DNA of 64,000 bases from Candidatus Poribacteria bacterium (GTDB lineage: Bacteria; Poribacteria; WGA-4E; WGA-3G), in NCBI GenBank assembly GCA_965205025.1, contig CBDBFU010000015.1, positions 320,001-384,000 on the forward strand, written 5' to 3'. Below, piece by piece: positions 48,036-58,141 of the stretch (the first letter of the stretch is position 1; every line of letters starts with the position of its first letter). The translations under genes were made by a program, and so were the position numbers. A model generated the notes under the pieces. That model was not told the DNA's origin. It saw only the letters and a list, made by a program, of their open reading frames with translations, and did no database searches.

Positions 48036-49634
48036 TTACTTTTTAGTTGCTGTAAATCCAGCTGTTTTTATGACTTTTGTCAATTCTTCAACAGATAAAG
48101 TGTCTTTCCGTACTTTAACGGTAGCAACATCGGGTAGAGAGACTTCAGCACTAATTACATTCTGATTTTTTGTAAGTGCATCCTGCACTTTTGCAACACA
48201 AGCTCCTCACGTCATACCTGATACGGCTAATGTGATATCCATACTTGCAGTTGTCTCTATCGGGACAGACATGAATATATTTAACTGTTGACCGGAAATT
48301 GCATCGAATACACGAACTTTTCCATCAAAACCACCGGCTGCAATTTGATTACCATCAGGACTAAATGCAACTGCGAATACACTCACAGTATCACCGGGCA
48401 ATGTAAGAAGTTTTTTGCCATCAACAACATTATATATACGTACTTCACCTGCAGAACTTCCAGTAGCAAATTTACTCCCGTCTGCAGAGAATGCGACTGT
48501 GTCAATGGATCCACCTTGTGGTTCGTATGCTTTAATCAGATTAAAATCGGTATTTCCAACATCTCTACGGGTTTCACGGAACATCTTATATAGACGTGGA
48601 ACTCGGTCTTCGCCGACACTCATGACCTGATCAGCATTTGGATGCCGTGCTATTGCGTTTATCTCTCCATAACCTTTATTACTTGAATTGACATCGTCTA
48701 CAAACGAACCTGTATCTACCTCAACCAATTTAAGTGCCGTATCTCGACTGCAACTTACAAAATGTGAACCGTCTTTAGAAAATACAGTGCCAAACACCCA
48801 GTCTCCATGGTTATCAAATTTAACGATTTCCTTCTCATCAGCAATAGTTATTACACGGACAGTATTATCAGAACACCCAAAAGCAACCTTACTGGCATCT
48901 GAAGAGATGGAGAGTCCATATATTGTGTCATAGGTTGAACGGATGTTTTTAATGAGTTTATTTGTTTCCGTATCCCACAATTGGACTTCACCAAATTGTG
49001 CTGGAGAACCACCTGCTACACCAATTGTCTTGCCATCCATTGTATAGACTATAGATTGGATTCGTCGGGCATTACCTACTAATCGTGCTTTTACTGCATA
49101 ATTCGTAGTATCATATAGTAAGACTTCACTAACACCTGAAATAGCGAGTGTATTACCATCGGGTGAATAAGCCATCGCAGATACAACTGGGGGTACAGTG
49201 TAACTCGGATAGTTTGTTTCACCGGTATTATCTACTTCTTCAGGGGTATCATCGTTAGCCCCTTCAAGAATCCAACGTTTAAAAAGTGCTACCTCTTCAG
49301 CAGTAAGGGGTTCTTGGTTTTGAGGCATTGCTGGCGGATCACCTGAAATAAGTTCTATTATCAAACTTTCATCTGGTTTTCCAGGAATGATTGCTTCTCC
49401 TGCCATCCCACCACGTTTTAACTCCTCATAAGTAGTAACAATTAGATCAGCATTTGGATCACCAGGATGATGACATCCTTGACAACTTCTTTTTAGAATA
49501 GGAAAAATCTGTTTATGGAAACTTACGGGTTCTTGTTTACCATGATTGTCGGCAAATACAAATGGACTTCCTAAAACAAACAGAAGAAGACATATTGTAA
49601 TTAAAAACTGAACCCTAAATTCTGATGATTTCAT
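48036..49634 (-). CDS. planctomycete cytochrome c + WD40 + HMA fusion, putative selenoprotein (Sec at TGA 48207-48209)
   Basis: CQGCH and WD40 repeats; reading through the TGA gives SGMT-U-GACVAKVQDAL...KTAGFTATKK* (HMA domain), ending 22 nt before the sulfatase ATG; SECIS-like hairpin downstream. Confidence 0.82.
48174..48190 (-). promoter_or_regulatory. putative bacterial SECIS element
   Basis: AAGUGCA-GGA-UGCACUU perfect 7-bp stem starting 17 nt after the UGA, with G in the apical loop. Confidence 0.7.
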
Positions 49635-49718
49635 ATTGTTGAAACTCCCTACCTTCCAGTTCTGGAGACAATTAAAACTGTAATATTCACCATAAGTCGC
49701 TATCTTATATTTTTAATA

Positions 49719-49746
49719 ATTATATCATAATTCGGTAAAAATTCAA
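49719..49746 (-). promoter_or_regulatory. putative sigma70 promoter of the WD40/sulfatase/DUF1501 operon
   Basis: TTGAAT-16 nt-TATAAT with TG extension on the minus strand. Confidence 0.5.
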
Positions 49747-49856
49747 TTAAAACCGTCAGTTTTAAGGTTTTTGGCAACAAATTCTACGTGTAATCAACAA
49801 TCATTGAATGTCATAAGCGAGTGTCCGAAACATCGGTTGCGTCCGACACTACTTCT

Positions 49857-49884
49857 GTAGGAGCGACCTCCTGATCGCTCCTAC
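49857..49884. repeat. GTAG-type REP palindrome
   Basis: GTAGGAGCGA-8 nt-TCGCTCCTAC. Confidence 0.7.
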
Positions 49885-49950
49885 AAGTAAAGTGTCTATA
49901 AATCTAAAGTTTATTATATGTTAGATGTATGAATAATGTGAATGGAAAAA

Positions 49951-50080
49951 GTGTTAATATTTATTGTTCTGAGATGATTACGCTTTCACGGAAACCTTCA
50001 CGGAGCAATTTTACGAAACCTTATTCTATAAGGGTTTAAAATTTAATAACCCTAATTCTCCGTGAATCACATATGTTAAT
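49951..50080. repeat. about 130-bp dispersed repeat, copy A (inverted relative to 55977-56110)
   Basis: ctttcacggaaaccttcacggagca...ccttattctataagggtt...tccgtgaatcacata matches the reverse complement of 55977-56110. Confidence 0.8.
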
Positions 50081-50175
50081 ATTTATATAACTTATATAAA
50101 TGGATGCATCTTTGGTTTCATCTGATACCATTTTTATAGATGTTTATCCCATGAACAGTTGATATAATACGGGAC

Positions 50176-50503
50176 TTGAAATACTGCACAAAACTGAAAG
50201 TTTATAATACATTTAGAATTGGTATTAGGAACATTTTATGTGGTATTATTGTATTTAGTTTCTTTTATGGGTTGTAGCAACACCGATGCAGAGACCATGG
50301 ACACAAGGAATTGTGGACGATCTACACACGCTTGATATAATTATTTTGTATACGTTATCTGAGAGTCGTGAGTATCAAGCTGCTGTAAAGAGGTAGAACT
50401 TGACGATGAGAATGTGAAGGAAGCCGTGCAGCGTTTTTCAAAAAATGATGGAATGTCTTGTTGGAACACCGATCAAAGTTTATACAACCAGAAATATGTT
50501 TAA
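50176..50503 (+). pseudogene. degraded lipoprotein gene remnant
   Basis: Signal-like stretch ...ILCGIIVFSFF/MGCSNTDAETMD broken by frameshifts and stops. Confidence 0.3.
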
Positions 50504-50511
50504 GGATGATT

Positions 50512-51096
50512 ATGATACCAAAAAACACATACTATTTGATTGCTTACTTCATATTACATATAGCTATATTTAGCGGTTGTTCAGCTATACCAAAATACGA
50601 TATAGGTGAAGTCATAGAAGTATTTGTAGATGATCCAGACAAAATGCATGACGTTCTCTTTGATTCTATCAAACATAAAGGCAACAATATTAAAATAATG
50701 ACTGCCGAACCCCCAGTGGTAGACTACATATCGGCAACTGGGAATACCTATATTAAGCTAAGGATACTAAGAAAATTAGACGATCCTGTCTATGACTACG
50801 AGGCATTATACCCTCATACCGATTATAAAGAATACGAAATTGGTGAAGTGCTTATAGGTCTCCTTAGAGGTAGAGAGTATCATAAAGCTCGTTTTAAAAG
50901 TGTAACAGAACACAGATTTGTACAACGTGACGGTAATATCATCAAATTAATATTCAACGAGCCCACAATGACGCATTTAGTGACCACACACAGTAGATTT
51001 GAAGCAACTAAGATAAGAATAAAGATTCTCAAGAAAGTAAAAAACAAAAACTACGACTATGAAGCACTATACATCAAAACTTTAGGAAGATACTGA
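50512..51096 (+). CDS. lipoprotein with internal two-fold repeat
   Basis: FSGC lipobox; YDIGEV..GNNIKI..KLRILRK..YDYEALY recurs as YEIGEV..GNIIKL..RIKILKK..YDYEALY. Confidence 0.7.
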   Translation: MIPKNTYYLIAYFILHIAIFSGCSAIPKYDIGEVIEVFVDDPDKMHDVLFDSIKHKGNNIKIMTAEPPVVDYISATGNTYIKLRILRKLDDPVYDYEALYPHTDYKEYEIGEVLIGLLRGREYHKARFKSVTEHRFVQRDGNIIKLIFNEPTMTHLVTTHSRFEATKIRIKILKKVKNKNYDYEALYIKTLGRY

Positions 51097-51268
51097 TTAC
51101 AAATCGAACATAAAGAATTATTTGTAATTATTATGTAACAAATTGTAGCATGATAAACGTATTTGTATAAATAAACCTATAATTTTTTGTTCACCGAATC
51201 AATTCCTTTTCATCTCAAGAATAGGCATGAATTATATGGAACACACATCATTCTGAGGAGGCTACTTT

Positions 51269-52258
51269 ATGGATCGAAACTTCAACATGATCACTATATT
51301 TACCATCTTTCTATTTACACTTATTGTGATAGGATGTCAAACAGATCAATCTGATAAAAGTACAAACTTAAATACAAGTCAAGCAGAAAAACTTAATGTC
51401 GTCGCAACAATCAGTATGATAACTGATATAGTGGAGAATGTGGGTGGTGACAGAATAAAAGTAACCGGTATTATTGGCGAAGGAGTAGACCCACATCTAT
51501 TTAAACCAACAGCAAGAGATACACAACGACTTCAAGATGCGGATATCATTTTTTACAACGGACTGCATCTTGAAGTGAGAATAACCGGGACAGTCCTTGA
51601 TAAAATGAAAGATAAATCCAAAGCAATTGCTGTCACTGATGGCATTGACAGATCACAACTTCGAGCAACTGAGGAATTCATAGGAGGTTATGATCCTCAT
51701 GTATGGCACGATGTGAGAATATGGATGAAAGCAACTGAGACAGTAAGGGATAAATTAGTTGAAGAAGATCCAAAGAATGCAGAATATTATCAAACGAACA
51801 CAAAAGAATATTTGACAAAGTTACAGAATCTACATAACGACCTACTTCGTCTTGTGTCTCACATACCTTTAGAAAAAAGAGTTTTGATAACAACACACGA
51901 CGCATTTGGTTACCTTGGGAAAGCCTACGGTTTTGAAGTACGTGGATTAATTGGAGTGAACACCGAAAATGAGGTGGGTATCGCAGATGTTACTGAGCTT
52001 GCATCCTTTATTATTAATCGCGGAATATCTACGATGTTCGTTGAATCATCCGCTGCACCACATGGTATAAAAGCCGTTCAAGCTGCTGTTCAAGCCAAAG
52101 GTTACAATGTAAAAATCGGTGGCTCTCTATACGCAGATGCAATGGGAACGCCAGGAACATCAGAAGGAACATATTTAGGCATGATGCGTTATAACGTTGA
52201 TCTCATTTCTAATTCACTACAAACCGAATTAGAATTGGCATATTTTGAGAAAGAATAA
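51269..52258 (+). CDS. Mn/Zn/Fe ABC substrate-binding lipoprotein (TroA/MntA-like), stand-alone
   Basis: IGC lipobox, DPHLF, YNGLHLE, DPHVW, THDAFGY. Confidence 0.92.
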   Translation: MDRNFNMITIFTIFLFTLIVIGCQTDQSDKSTNLNTSQAEKLNVVATISMITDIVENVGGDRIKVTGIIGEGVDPHLFKPTARDTQRLQDADIIFYNGLHLEVRITGTVLDKMKDKSKAIAVTDGIDRSQLRATEEFIGGYDPHVWHDVRIWMKATETVRDKLVEEDPKNAEYYQTNTKEYLTKLQNLHNDLLRLVSHIPLEKRVLITTHDAFGYLGKAYGFEVRGLIGVNTENEVGIADVTELASFIINRGISTMFVESSAAPHGIKAVQAAVQAKGYNVKIGGSLYADAMGTPGTSEGTYLGMMRYNVDLISNSLQTELELAYFEKE

Positions 52259-52278
52259 ATAGAATATACGTGATCTTA

Positions 52279-52319
52279 ATCCACCGAATGAAGACATTTC
52301 ATTCGGTGGATATTTTTTT
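52279..52319 (+). terminator. intrinsic terminator
   Basis: ATCCACCGAATGAA/TTCATTCGGTGGAT followed by T7. Confidence 0.88.
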
Positions 52320-52485
52320 GCAACCTTTTTGTATTATCAACGTTTTAGTACGGAAATGTTCGATCCTTTTTAATAAAATATACAAGAAAATTAAATTGGC
52401 ATTCTTACTTAATACAACAGCAATATCCAAATATTCAAGAGAGAACAATCCATATAAATCCAACTGAAAGAATAGGTATAGTAAA

Positions 52486-52551
52486 ATGATTAGTTATCTG
52501 ATGATATTCTTAATTATTAAGAACTTTACTGAAAAACTTGGTAGAAAGTAA
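52486..52551 (+). CDS. candidate 21-aa small protein MISYLMIFLIIKNFTEKLGRK
   Basis: AGGT-containing RBS-like sequence, hydrophobic-then-basic peptide, own terminator 20 nt downstream. Confidence 0.35.
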   Translation: MISYLMIFLIIKNFTEKLGRK

Positions 52552-52571
52552 CATTTCCAAGTTTAACCTTG

Positions 52572-52611
52572 AAAACCCTATCTCCATCCATTGATTGGAG
52601 ATAGGGTTTTT
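52572..52611 (+). terminator. intrinsic terminator (possibly bidirectional)
   Basis: AAAACCCTATCTCCA/TGGAGATAGGGTTTTT. Confidence 0.8.
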
Positions 52612-52732
52612 GTATTACAGATTTGACAGTGTGGTTGGTATTATAAATCTAATTTAATGAGTTGTGCCACATAACTTATTGTTAATCATTCCTTCCACTC
52701 TTCTCTGTCTAATCTGCGATTTAGACAAATTT

Positions 52733-52793
52733 ACTAACAACTAACAACTAATAACTAAAAACCGACAACTGATTGCTGAAAGCAGATAGCTAA
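52733..52793. repeat. degenerate heptamer tandem repeat (ACTAACA-like)
   Basis: actaaca actaaca actaata actaaaa accgaca actgatt gctgaaa gcagata. Confidence 0.6.
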
Positions 52794-52863
52794 TTAACAC
52801 ATTTGCAAATTCCATCCCCATTAGGATATACTTAACACGAAAGACATAGAAGGAATACATCCA

Positions 52864-54042
52864 ATGCGAATCATCTTTTATACAGGTAAAGGCGGAGTAG
52901 GAAAAACAACTATCTCCGCAGCCACAGGTATGAAATTGGCATCACTCGGTTATAAAACAATCGTTATTTCTCTTGACGTAGCACATTCCCTAAGAGACTC
53001 ATTTGATAGTGAAGAAAAACTCATCGCACAATCCAACGAAAAACAGATACAAATTGCAGATAACCTCTGGATACAGGAGATAAACGTACAAGAGGCAATC
53101 GTTGAATACTGGGACGAAGTATATAACTACCTACGTTCACTGCTCAACCGCTCCGGCCTTGAAACCCTCGTAGCTGAAGAAATCGCAGTATTCCCCGGTA
53201 TGGAAGAAATATGTGCTCTCCTCTACATAAACCAATACGTCCGTGAAAACAATTACGATGTCATAATCCTTGACTGCGCACCAACAGGCGAATCCCTACG
53301 GTTTGTTAGTATCCCCACCACCCTTGAATGGTACATGAACCGAATCTTCAAATTAGAACGAAATCTCGCCAAAATCGCCGGTCCACTAATAGAAACCGTC
53401 AGCTCTGTTCCAATACCAAAAGACGCATACTTTCAAAATATACAAACACTATTCGATAAACTTGAAGGAATAGATAAAATACTCACCGATCCAAAAATTA
53501 CAACTGTACGTCTTGTAACAAACCCAGAAAAAATTGTAATCAAAGAAACACAACGAGCTTTTATGTACTTTTGTCTATACGGATTATGTATTGATGCAGT
53601 TATTATAAACCGGATTTTTCCAGATGGTGTTGATCTCGAATTCTTTGAAGTTTGGAAACAAACACAACAACACTATATAGACGAAGCAAATAATTATTTC
53701 TCCGATGTTCCTGTATGGAAAGTAAACCTATTTGGAGACCAAATTATCGGGGAAAACGGTCTACGGAAACTTGGTGATGTACTCTACGCAGATATAGATC
53801 CAGCAGAACGGTTTGCCGACCAAAGTCCATACAAATTTACGAAAACGAATGAGCTGTATCAACTTACTATGCAATTGCCCTTCTTGACGAAAGATGAAGT
53901 AAATCTAACAAAACACGGAGATGAACTCATTGTTACAATCGGTGGGTTTAAACGGCACGTCGCAATTCCACGAAGTTTGGTAGACAGTAAAGTCTCTGGA
54001 GCAAAATTAACAGGGCAGCAACTTGTTATCACATTCAAGTAA
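52864..54042 (+). CDS. ArsA/GET3/TRC40 family ATPase with C-terminal HSP20-like domain
   Basis: GKGGVGKTT, SLDVAHSL, FPGMEE, DCAPTGE, RLVTNPE; single ATPase domain plus beta-sandwich tail. Confidence 0.9.
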   Translation: MRIIFYTGKGGVGKTTISAATGMKLASLGYKTIVISLDVAHSLRDSFDSEEKLIAQSNEKQIQIADNLWIQEINVQEAIVEYWDEVYNYLRSLLNRSGLETLVAEEIAVFPGMEEICALLYINQYVRENNYDVIILDCAPTGESLRFVSIPTTLEWYMNRIFKLERNLAKIAGPLIETVSSVPIPKDAYFQNIQTLFDKLEGIDKILTDPKITTVRLVTNPEKIVIKETQRAFMYFCLYGLCIDAVIINRIFPDGVDLEFFEVWKQTQQHYIDEANNYFSDVPVWKVNLFGDQIIGENGLRKLGDVLYADIDPAERFADQSPYKFTKTNELYQLTMQLPFLTKDEVNLTKHGDELIVTIGGFKRHVAIPRSLVDSKVSGAKLTGQQLVITFK

Positions 54043-54071
54043 ACCTTTAACAAACTATAACGTCACATAAT

Positions 54072-54800
54072 ATGGCATCATTAAAAAACAAATTAAATAC
54101 AGATAAACCTGTATTTACCGTAGCCTTAACCACTTTATTAACGTTTTTAGTAATATTTATTGTTCCAGTGAAATCGTTCGGAATTAAACCAATTTGGTGG
54201 CTTTACCCTAACATACTACTCGCAAGCATCTGGTTTGCTTATCACATTCGATTAAAACCTGATTATACTGAAGATGAATCCTCCCAACTCCTAATAAGAA
54301 GTGTTTTCTTCGGCTGTGCAGTAGTATTAACCTACCTACCACTGGATTGGCTATTTTCAAGAAAAGTAAAGTTCATCGTTTACGGTAGTCTTGATTTCTT
54401 GGGAAATGTCACAACACCAATTGGTATAATATTAAGTTGGGTAATATTCGGCACAGTTTATGTTTACTGCTACCATCGCCTTAAAATGTTTGGTCTACAC
54501 TCTTTACTTGCATCAAGTATTACAGGATGCGCAGCTGCAATCGGAGGGGTAATTATTTATGCACTCGGAAAGAAATTATGGGATTGGAATGCACTATATC
54601 TACAGAATATACCGACCATCGCATCGGTTCCCATTTTTGTTCCGATCACATACTTACTCACTTTCACACTATACCCCTACTATTTTTACCGAAACCAGCA
54701 TGCACTAATAGCAGGCATAAGATGCGGACTTTTCTTAGGTATAGTTATGTTTTTGAGTTTTCTACTTTTTTGGAGAATCCCAAATCCAAGTTTAGGCTAA
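54072..54800 (+). CDS. multi-pass membrane protein
   Basis: About seven hydrophobic segments. Confidence 0.7.
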   Translation: MASLKNKLNTDKPVFTVALTTLLTFLVIFIVPVKSFGIKPIWWLYPNILLASIWFAYHIRLKPDYTEDESSQLLIRSVFFGCAVVLTYLPLDWLFSRKVKFIVYGSLDFLGNVTTPIGIILSWVIFGTVYVYCYHRLKMFGLHSLLASSITGCAAAIGGVIIYALGKKLWDWNALYLQNIPTIASVPIFVPITYLLTFTLYPYYFYRNQHALIAGIRCGLFLGIVMFLSFLLFWRIPNPSLG

Positions 54801-55194
54801 GACATATTCGCACTTGTACTTAAACAGATCATTAAAAAATAACTTTACAATTAAATAAAATTTAATGAAGAAATATAAGTTTAAAGGATCATATATTCTG
54901 TATGAGGGAACTCCGATTCCAACGAATTCCATGGGGAAATATACGGCATACCGAACAATACATAAATGAAAATAAAAGACACAAAATTCCTCACTTTTGA
55001 AAATTTTCGTAACCTGAAAAAAGTGACTATAAACCCACTGTAGGACTGGCGGGATCGCGTGTTTTCTAATGTCACACCATGTGACAAAAAGTGTAACTTT
55101 TCTAAACGACTAGAAACCATTAACTTTACTATAAGTTAATTATTAAAAATCTTTATATTGCTCTAATAACTATAAAACATACGTTAGGAAGAAA

Positions 55195-55758
55195 ATGTAC
55201 GATTTAAATCAAGAAAAAAGAATACGTTCAACAACAATATTAGCTGTACGAAAGAACGGAGAAATTGCTATTGGCGGAGATGGGCAGGTTACATTAGGCA
55301 ACACGGCTATTAAACACGGGGCGCAAAAAATAAGAAAAATATACAACGAACGTGTTCTCATCGGATTTGCAGGATCAGTTTCTGACGCACTCACACTTTA
55401 TGAAAATTTGGAGAAGAAATTAGAACAATATCGTGGAAATCTACAAAAAGCAACTGTAGAACTCGCAAGAGACTGGCGCAGTGACCGTATATTAAGACGC
55501 GTTGATGCCTTGATGATTGCTATTGATGAAAAAGATGGATACCTCATCTCTGGGACCGGGGATGTTATCGTACCAGATGATGACGTTCTCTCAATCGGTT
55601 CAGGTTCACCAATTGCCCTTTCCGCTGCCAGAGCATTATTAAAGTATTCAAAACTATCCGCTTCGGAGGTAGTTGCCGAAGCTTTAAGAATTACCAGTGA
55701 AATTTGCATTTACACAAACGCACAAATTGAAATAGAATCATTAGAAACAAATGAATAA
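55195..55758 (+). CDS. hslV: ATP-dependent protease peptidase subunit HslV
   Basis: STTILAVR, GDGQVT, GFAGS, IGSGS, CIYTN. Confidence 0.97.
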   Translation: MYDLNQEKRIRSTTILAVRKNGEIAIGGDGQVTLGNTAIKHGAQKIRKIYNERVLIGFAGSVSDALTLYENLEKKLEQYRGNLQKATVELARDWRSDRILRRVDALMIAIDEKDGYLISGTGDVIVPDDDVLSIGSGSPIALSAARALLKYSKLSASEVVAEALRITSEICIYTNAQIEIESLETNE

Positions 55759-55827
55759 AACTGAATTATCAGGGTTATTTAATTTTCGATATTTTGGTAA
55801 TTATGTTCACACACGTAACTGCTGTTT

Positions 55828-55948
55828 GTAGGTTGGGTAGAGCGGAGCGAAAACCGATACGTTTGGTTCATGTTGGGTTCCGAAAACTCAACCCATAGGA
55901 TTCTATATCAAAATACCGTACTCCAGCGGAGTACTATGTCTATAGAAA
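55828..55948. repeat. GTAG-type REP-like sequences between hslV and hslU
   Basis: GTAGGTTGGGTAGAG...CTCAACCCA, and atgtctatagaaaa shared with the 57.8 kb and 60.8 kb repeats. Confidence 0.5.
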
Positions 55949-55976
55949 ACTTAATACACACTTAAGTTATAGCATA

Positions 55977-56110
55977 ATTAACGTATGTGATTCACGGAAA
56001 ATCGATCTACTTTAAATTATGAACCCTTATAGAATAAGGGTTCATAAAAATGCTCCGTGAAGGTTTCCGTGAAAGTGGAAACATTTCAAGACGACAAATA
56101 TTAACAGTTA
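55977..56110. repeat. about 130-bp dispersed repeat, copy B
   Basis: Reverse complement of 49951-50080, with internal palindrome TATGAACCCTTAT-AGA-ATAAGGGTTCATA. Confidence 0.8.
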
Positions 56111-56188
56111 TAAATATTAAATTTATGTTTATGGTTTTCAGAAGCTAACGTACAAGGAGAATATCAAACGTTTATTCAGGAGGAAACT

Positions 56189-57676
56189 TTGGAGAAACAA
56201 ATTGCTGAAAAAAGAACTTTAGAACAAGCACTTACCCCAAAGCAGATTGTCGAAGAACTTGACAAATACATCATAGGACAATATGAAGCAAAACGCAGTG
56301 TCGCAATCGCTTTAAGAAATAGGGCAAGACGACAAATGCTATCTGAGGATATGCAAGATGAAGTCGCACCAAAAAACATCATTATGATAGGATCAACAGG
56401 GGTCGGCAAAACGGAAATTGCACGACGACTCGCTCGACTTGTTGATGCTCCGTTCATAAAGGTTGAAGCGTCAAAATACACCGAAATCGGTTATGTCGGA
56501 CGGGATGTCGAATCTATGATACGGGATCTTACAGAACTTTCAATTAGTAAGGTCAAAGAAGAACAGACTGCCGCTGTTGAAGAAGCCGCATTAGAATCTG
56601 CAGATGAACGCCTATTGGACTGCCTTTTTCCCACACCTCGAGCCCTAAAAAATCAGAATGAAAACAGATCTGATGAATTAGATATAGAGGACATTGAAGA
56701 TCTTGATATGGATGAAGCAGTCGATATGCAATTCCCGTTTGAATTAGACACTGACGAAGAATCAGATGAAGCATTAGAAAAACGCCGAGAACGCCACGAA
56801 AAAACACGAGAAAAACTACGAAAACAACTAAAGGACGGGAAATTTGAAGACCGACCTGTAGAAATTAATATGAAAAGTCGCAGTATGCCTTTCGTGGAGA
56901 TATTCTCACCCGGTGGCATTGAAGAGATGGATATCAACTTCAAAGATATGTTCAGTAATCTACTGCCAAATCAGACAAAAAAACGACGAGTGCCTGTCTC
57001 TGAAGCAAGACAAATTCTCATGCAAGAGGAAGCAGAAAAAATTATTGATATGGATGCCGTCATAAGCGATGCTATCGAACGGGTCGAAAATACTGGGATC
57101 GTATTTCTGGATGAAATTGATAAAATCGCCGGACGGGAATCACGACAGGGACCTGATGTTTCACGCGAAGGTGTTCAACGGGATATACTCCCTATCATTG
57201 AAGGAAGCACTATCACAACAAAATACGGTTCCGTACGAACACATCATATCCTCTTCATCGCAGCCGGTGCTTTTCATGTCTCAAGTCCATCTGATCTTAT
57301 CCCAGAACTCCAGGGAAGATTTCCTATAAGAGTTGAACTAAAGAGTCTAAATCAGGACGATTTCAAATCTATTCTCACTGAACCAAAAAATGCTTTAGTC
57401 AAGCAATATACGGCACTTCTTGATACAGAAGGAATCCAAGCTACTATCACAGAGGATGCAATTAACGAAATTGCTGCCCTCGCATTTCAGGTAAACGAAT
57501 CTGTGGAAGATATTGGGGCACGAAGACTCCACACCATCATGGAAAAGCTATTTGAAAATCTGTTCTTCGAAGCACCAGATCTGGAAAAAGAGGATATTAC
57601 AATTGATGCAAATTATGTAAATGGTGAATTAGCTGAGATCGTAAAAGACCAAGATCTCAGCAGATATATCCTCTAA
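56189..57676 (+). CDS. hslU: ATP-dependent protease ATPase subunit HslU
   Basis: [45 protein letters not shown]. Confidence 0.97.
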   Translation: MEKQIAEKRTLEQALTPKQIVEELDKYIIGQYEAKRSVAIALRNRARRQMLSEDMQDEVAPKNIIMIGSTGVGKTEIARRLARLVDAPFIKVEASKYTEIGYVGRDVESMIRDLTELSISKVKEEQTAAVEEAALESADERLLDCLFPTPRALKNQNENRSDELDIEDIEDLDMDEAVDMQFPFELDTDEESDEALEKRRERHEKTREKLRKQLKDGKFEDRPVEINMKSRSMPFVEIFSPGGIEEMDINFKDMFSNLLPNQTKKRRVPVSEARQILMQEEAEKIIDMDAVISDAIERVENTGIVFLDEIDKIAGRESRQGPDVSREGVQRDILPIIEGSTITTKYGSVRTHHILFIAAGAFHVSSPSDLIPELQGRFPIRVELKSLNQDDFKSILTEPKNALVKQYTALLDTEGIQATITEDAINEIAALAFQVNESVEDIGARRLHTIMEKLFENLFFEAPDLEKEDITIDANYVNGELAEIVKDQDLSRYIL

Positions 57677-57707
57677 CCATTTATCGTTTGGTCCAATATA
57701 ATTCTTC

Positions 57708-58100
57708 GTGGGGATGGGGTCTCCCCATCCGTTGGTTGAATATAATAACATTTTCAATTGATAGATTTACATTATGACTTACTTGATACAGGGATTATCA
57801 TATACATATTATGAGTCCCGTAGGGACGGAATGTCTATAGCAAAGATGGTTGCTACACACTCTTGAGTCCCGTAGGGACGGAATGTCTATAGCACCCGTA
57901 GGGACGGAATGTAAACTAATACCATTTCTAATTGAAAATGTCTCTTTTTTGTACCACAAACTTTCAGTTTGTGACCTGAAAAATGGCTACCATAATAACC
58001 GCCTAATGAGACAATAATTTATAGAAATGGTATAATTAAGTAAAATTGGTATAACTTCGTAGGGACGGGGTCTCCCCGTCCGTTGGAGGGAATCCGATCC
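57708..58100. mobile_element. REP-containing MITE-like composite element, copy 1
   Basis: 57741-57845 matches 60747-60845; three cccgtagggacggaatgt units; right end taattaagtaaaattggtat; flanked by GT(G/A)GGGA.GGGGTCTCCCC.TCC palindromes. Confidence 0.65.
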
Positions 58101-58141
58101 CCGACATACTTTCTTACATCAAACACACGTTCCGTTAGGAT

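Noticed and set aside
48207-48209. Genome-wide TGA reassignment (code 4 or 25)
   Set aside because: TGA clearly terminates other genes with coupled starts (1782, 8900, 17779, 61056), and Trp is encoded by TGG.
452-48933. Many short plus-strand and alternate-frame ORFs in the track (e.g. 15298-15696, 22281-22808, 28396-28839)
   Set aside because: Antisense or shadow frames of well-supported genes, with no motifs or RBS.
52864-54042. Arsenic resistance operon
   Set aside because: Single-domain GET3-like ATPase with an HSP20-like tail; no arsB, arsC, arsD or arsR.
54881-55140. ORF 54881-55120 or a structured RNA upstream of hslV
   Set aside because: The peptide looks non-coding; weak repeat-like features but no second copy or recognisable RNA family in the window.
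57813-57913. Repeated GAGTCCCGTAGGGACGGAATGTCTATAGCA as a possible CRISPR array
   Set aside because: Only two full and one partial copy, irregular short spacers and no cas genes; better explained as REP units in a dispersed element.
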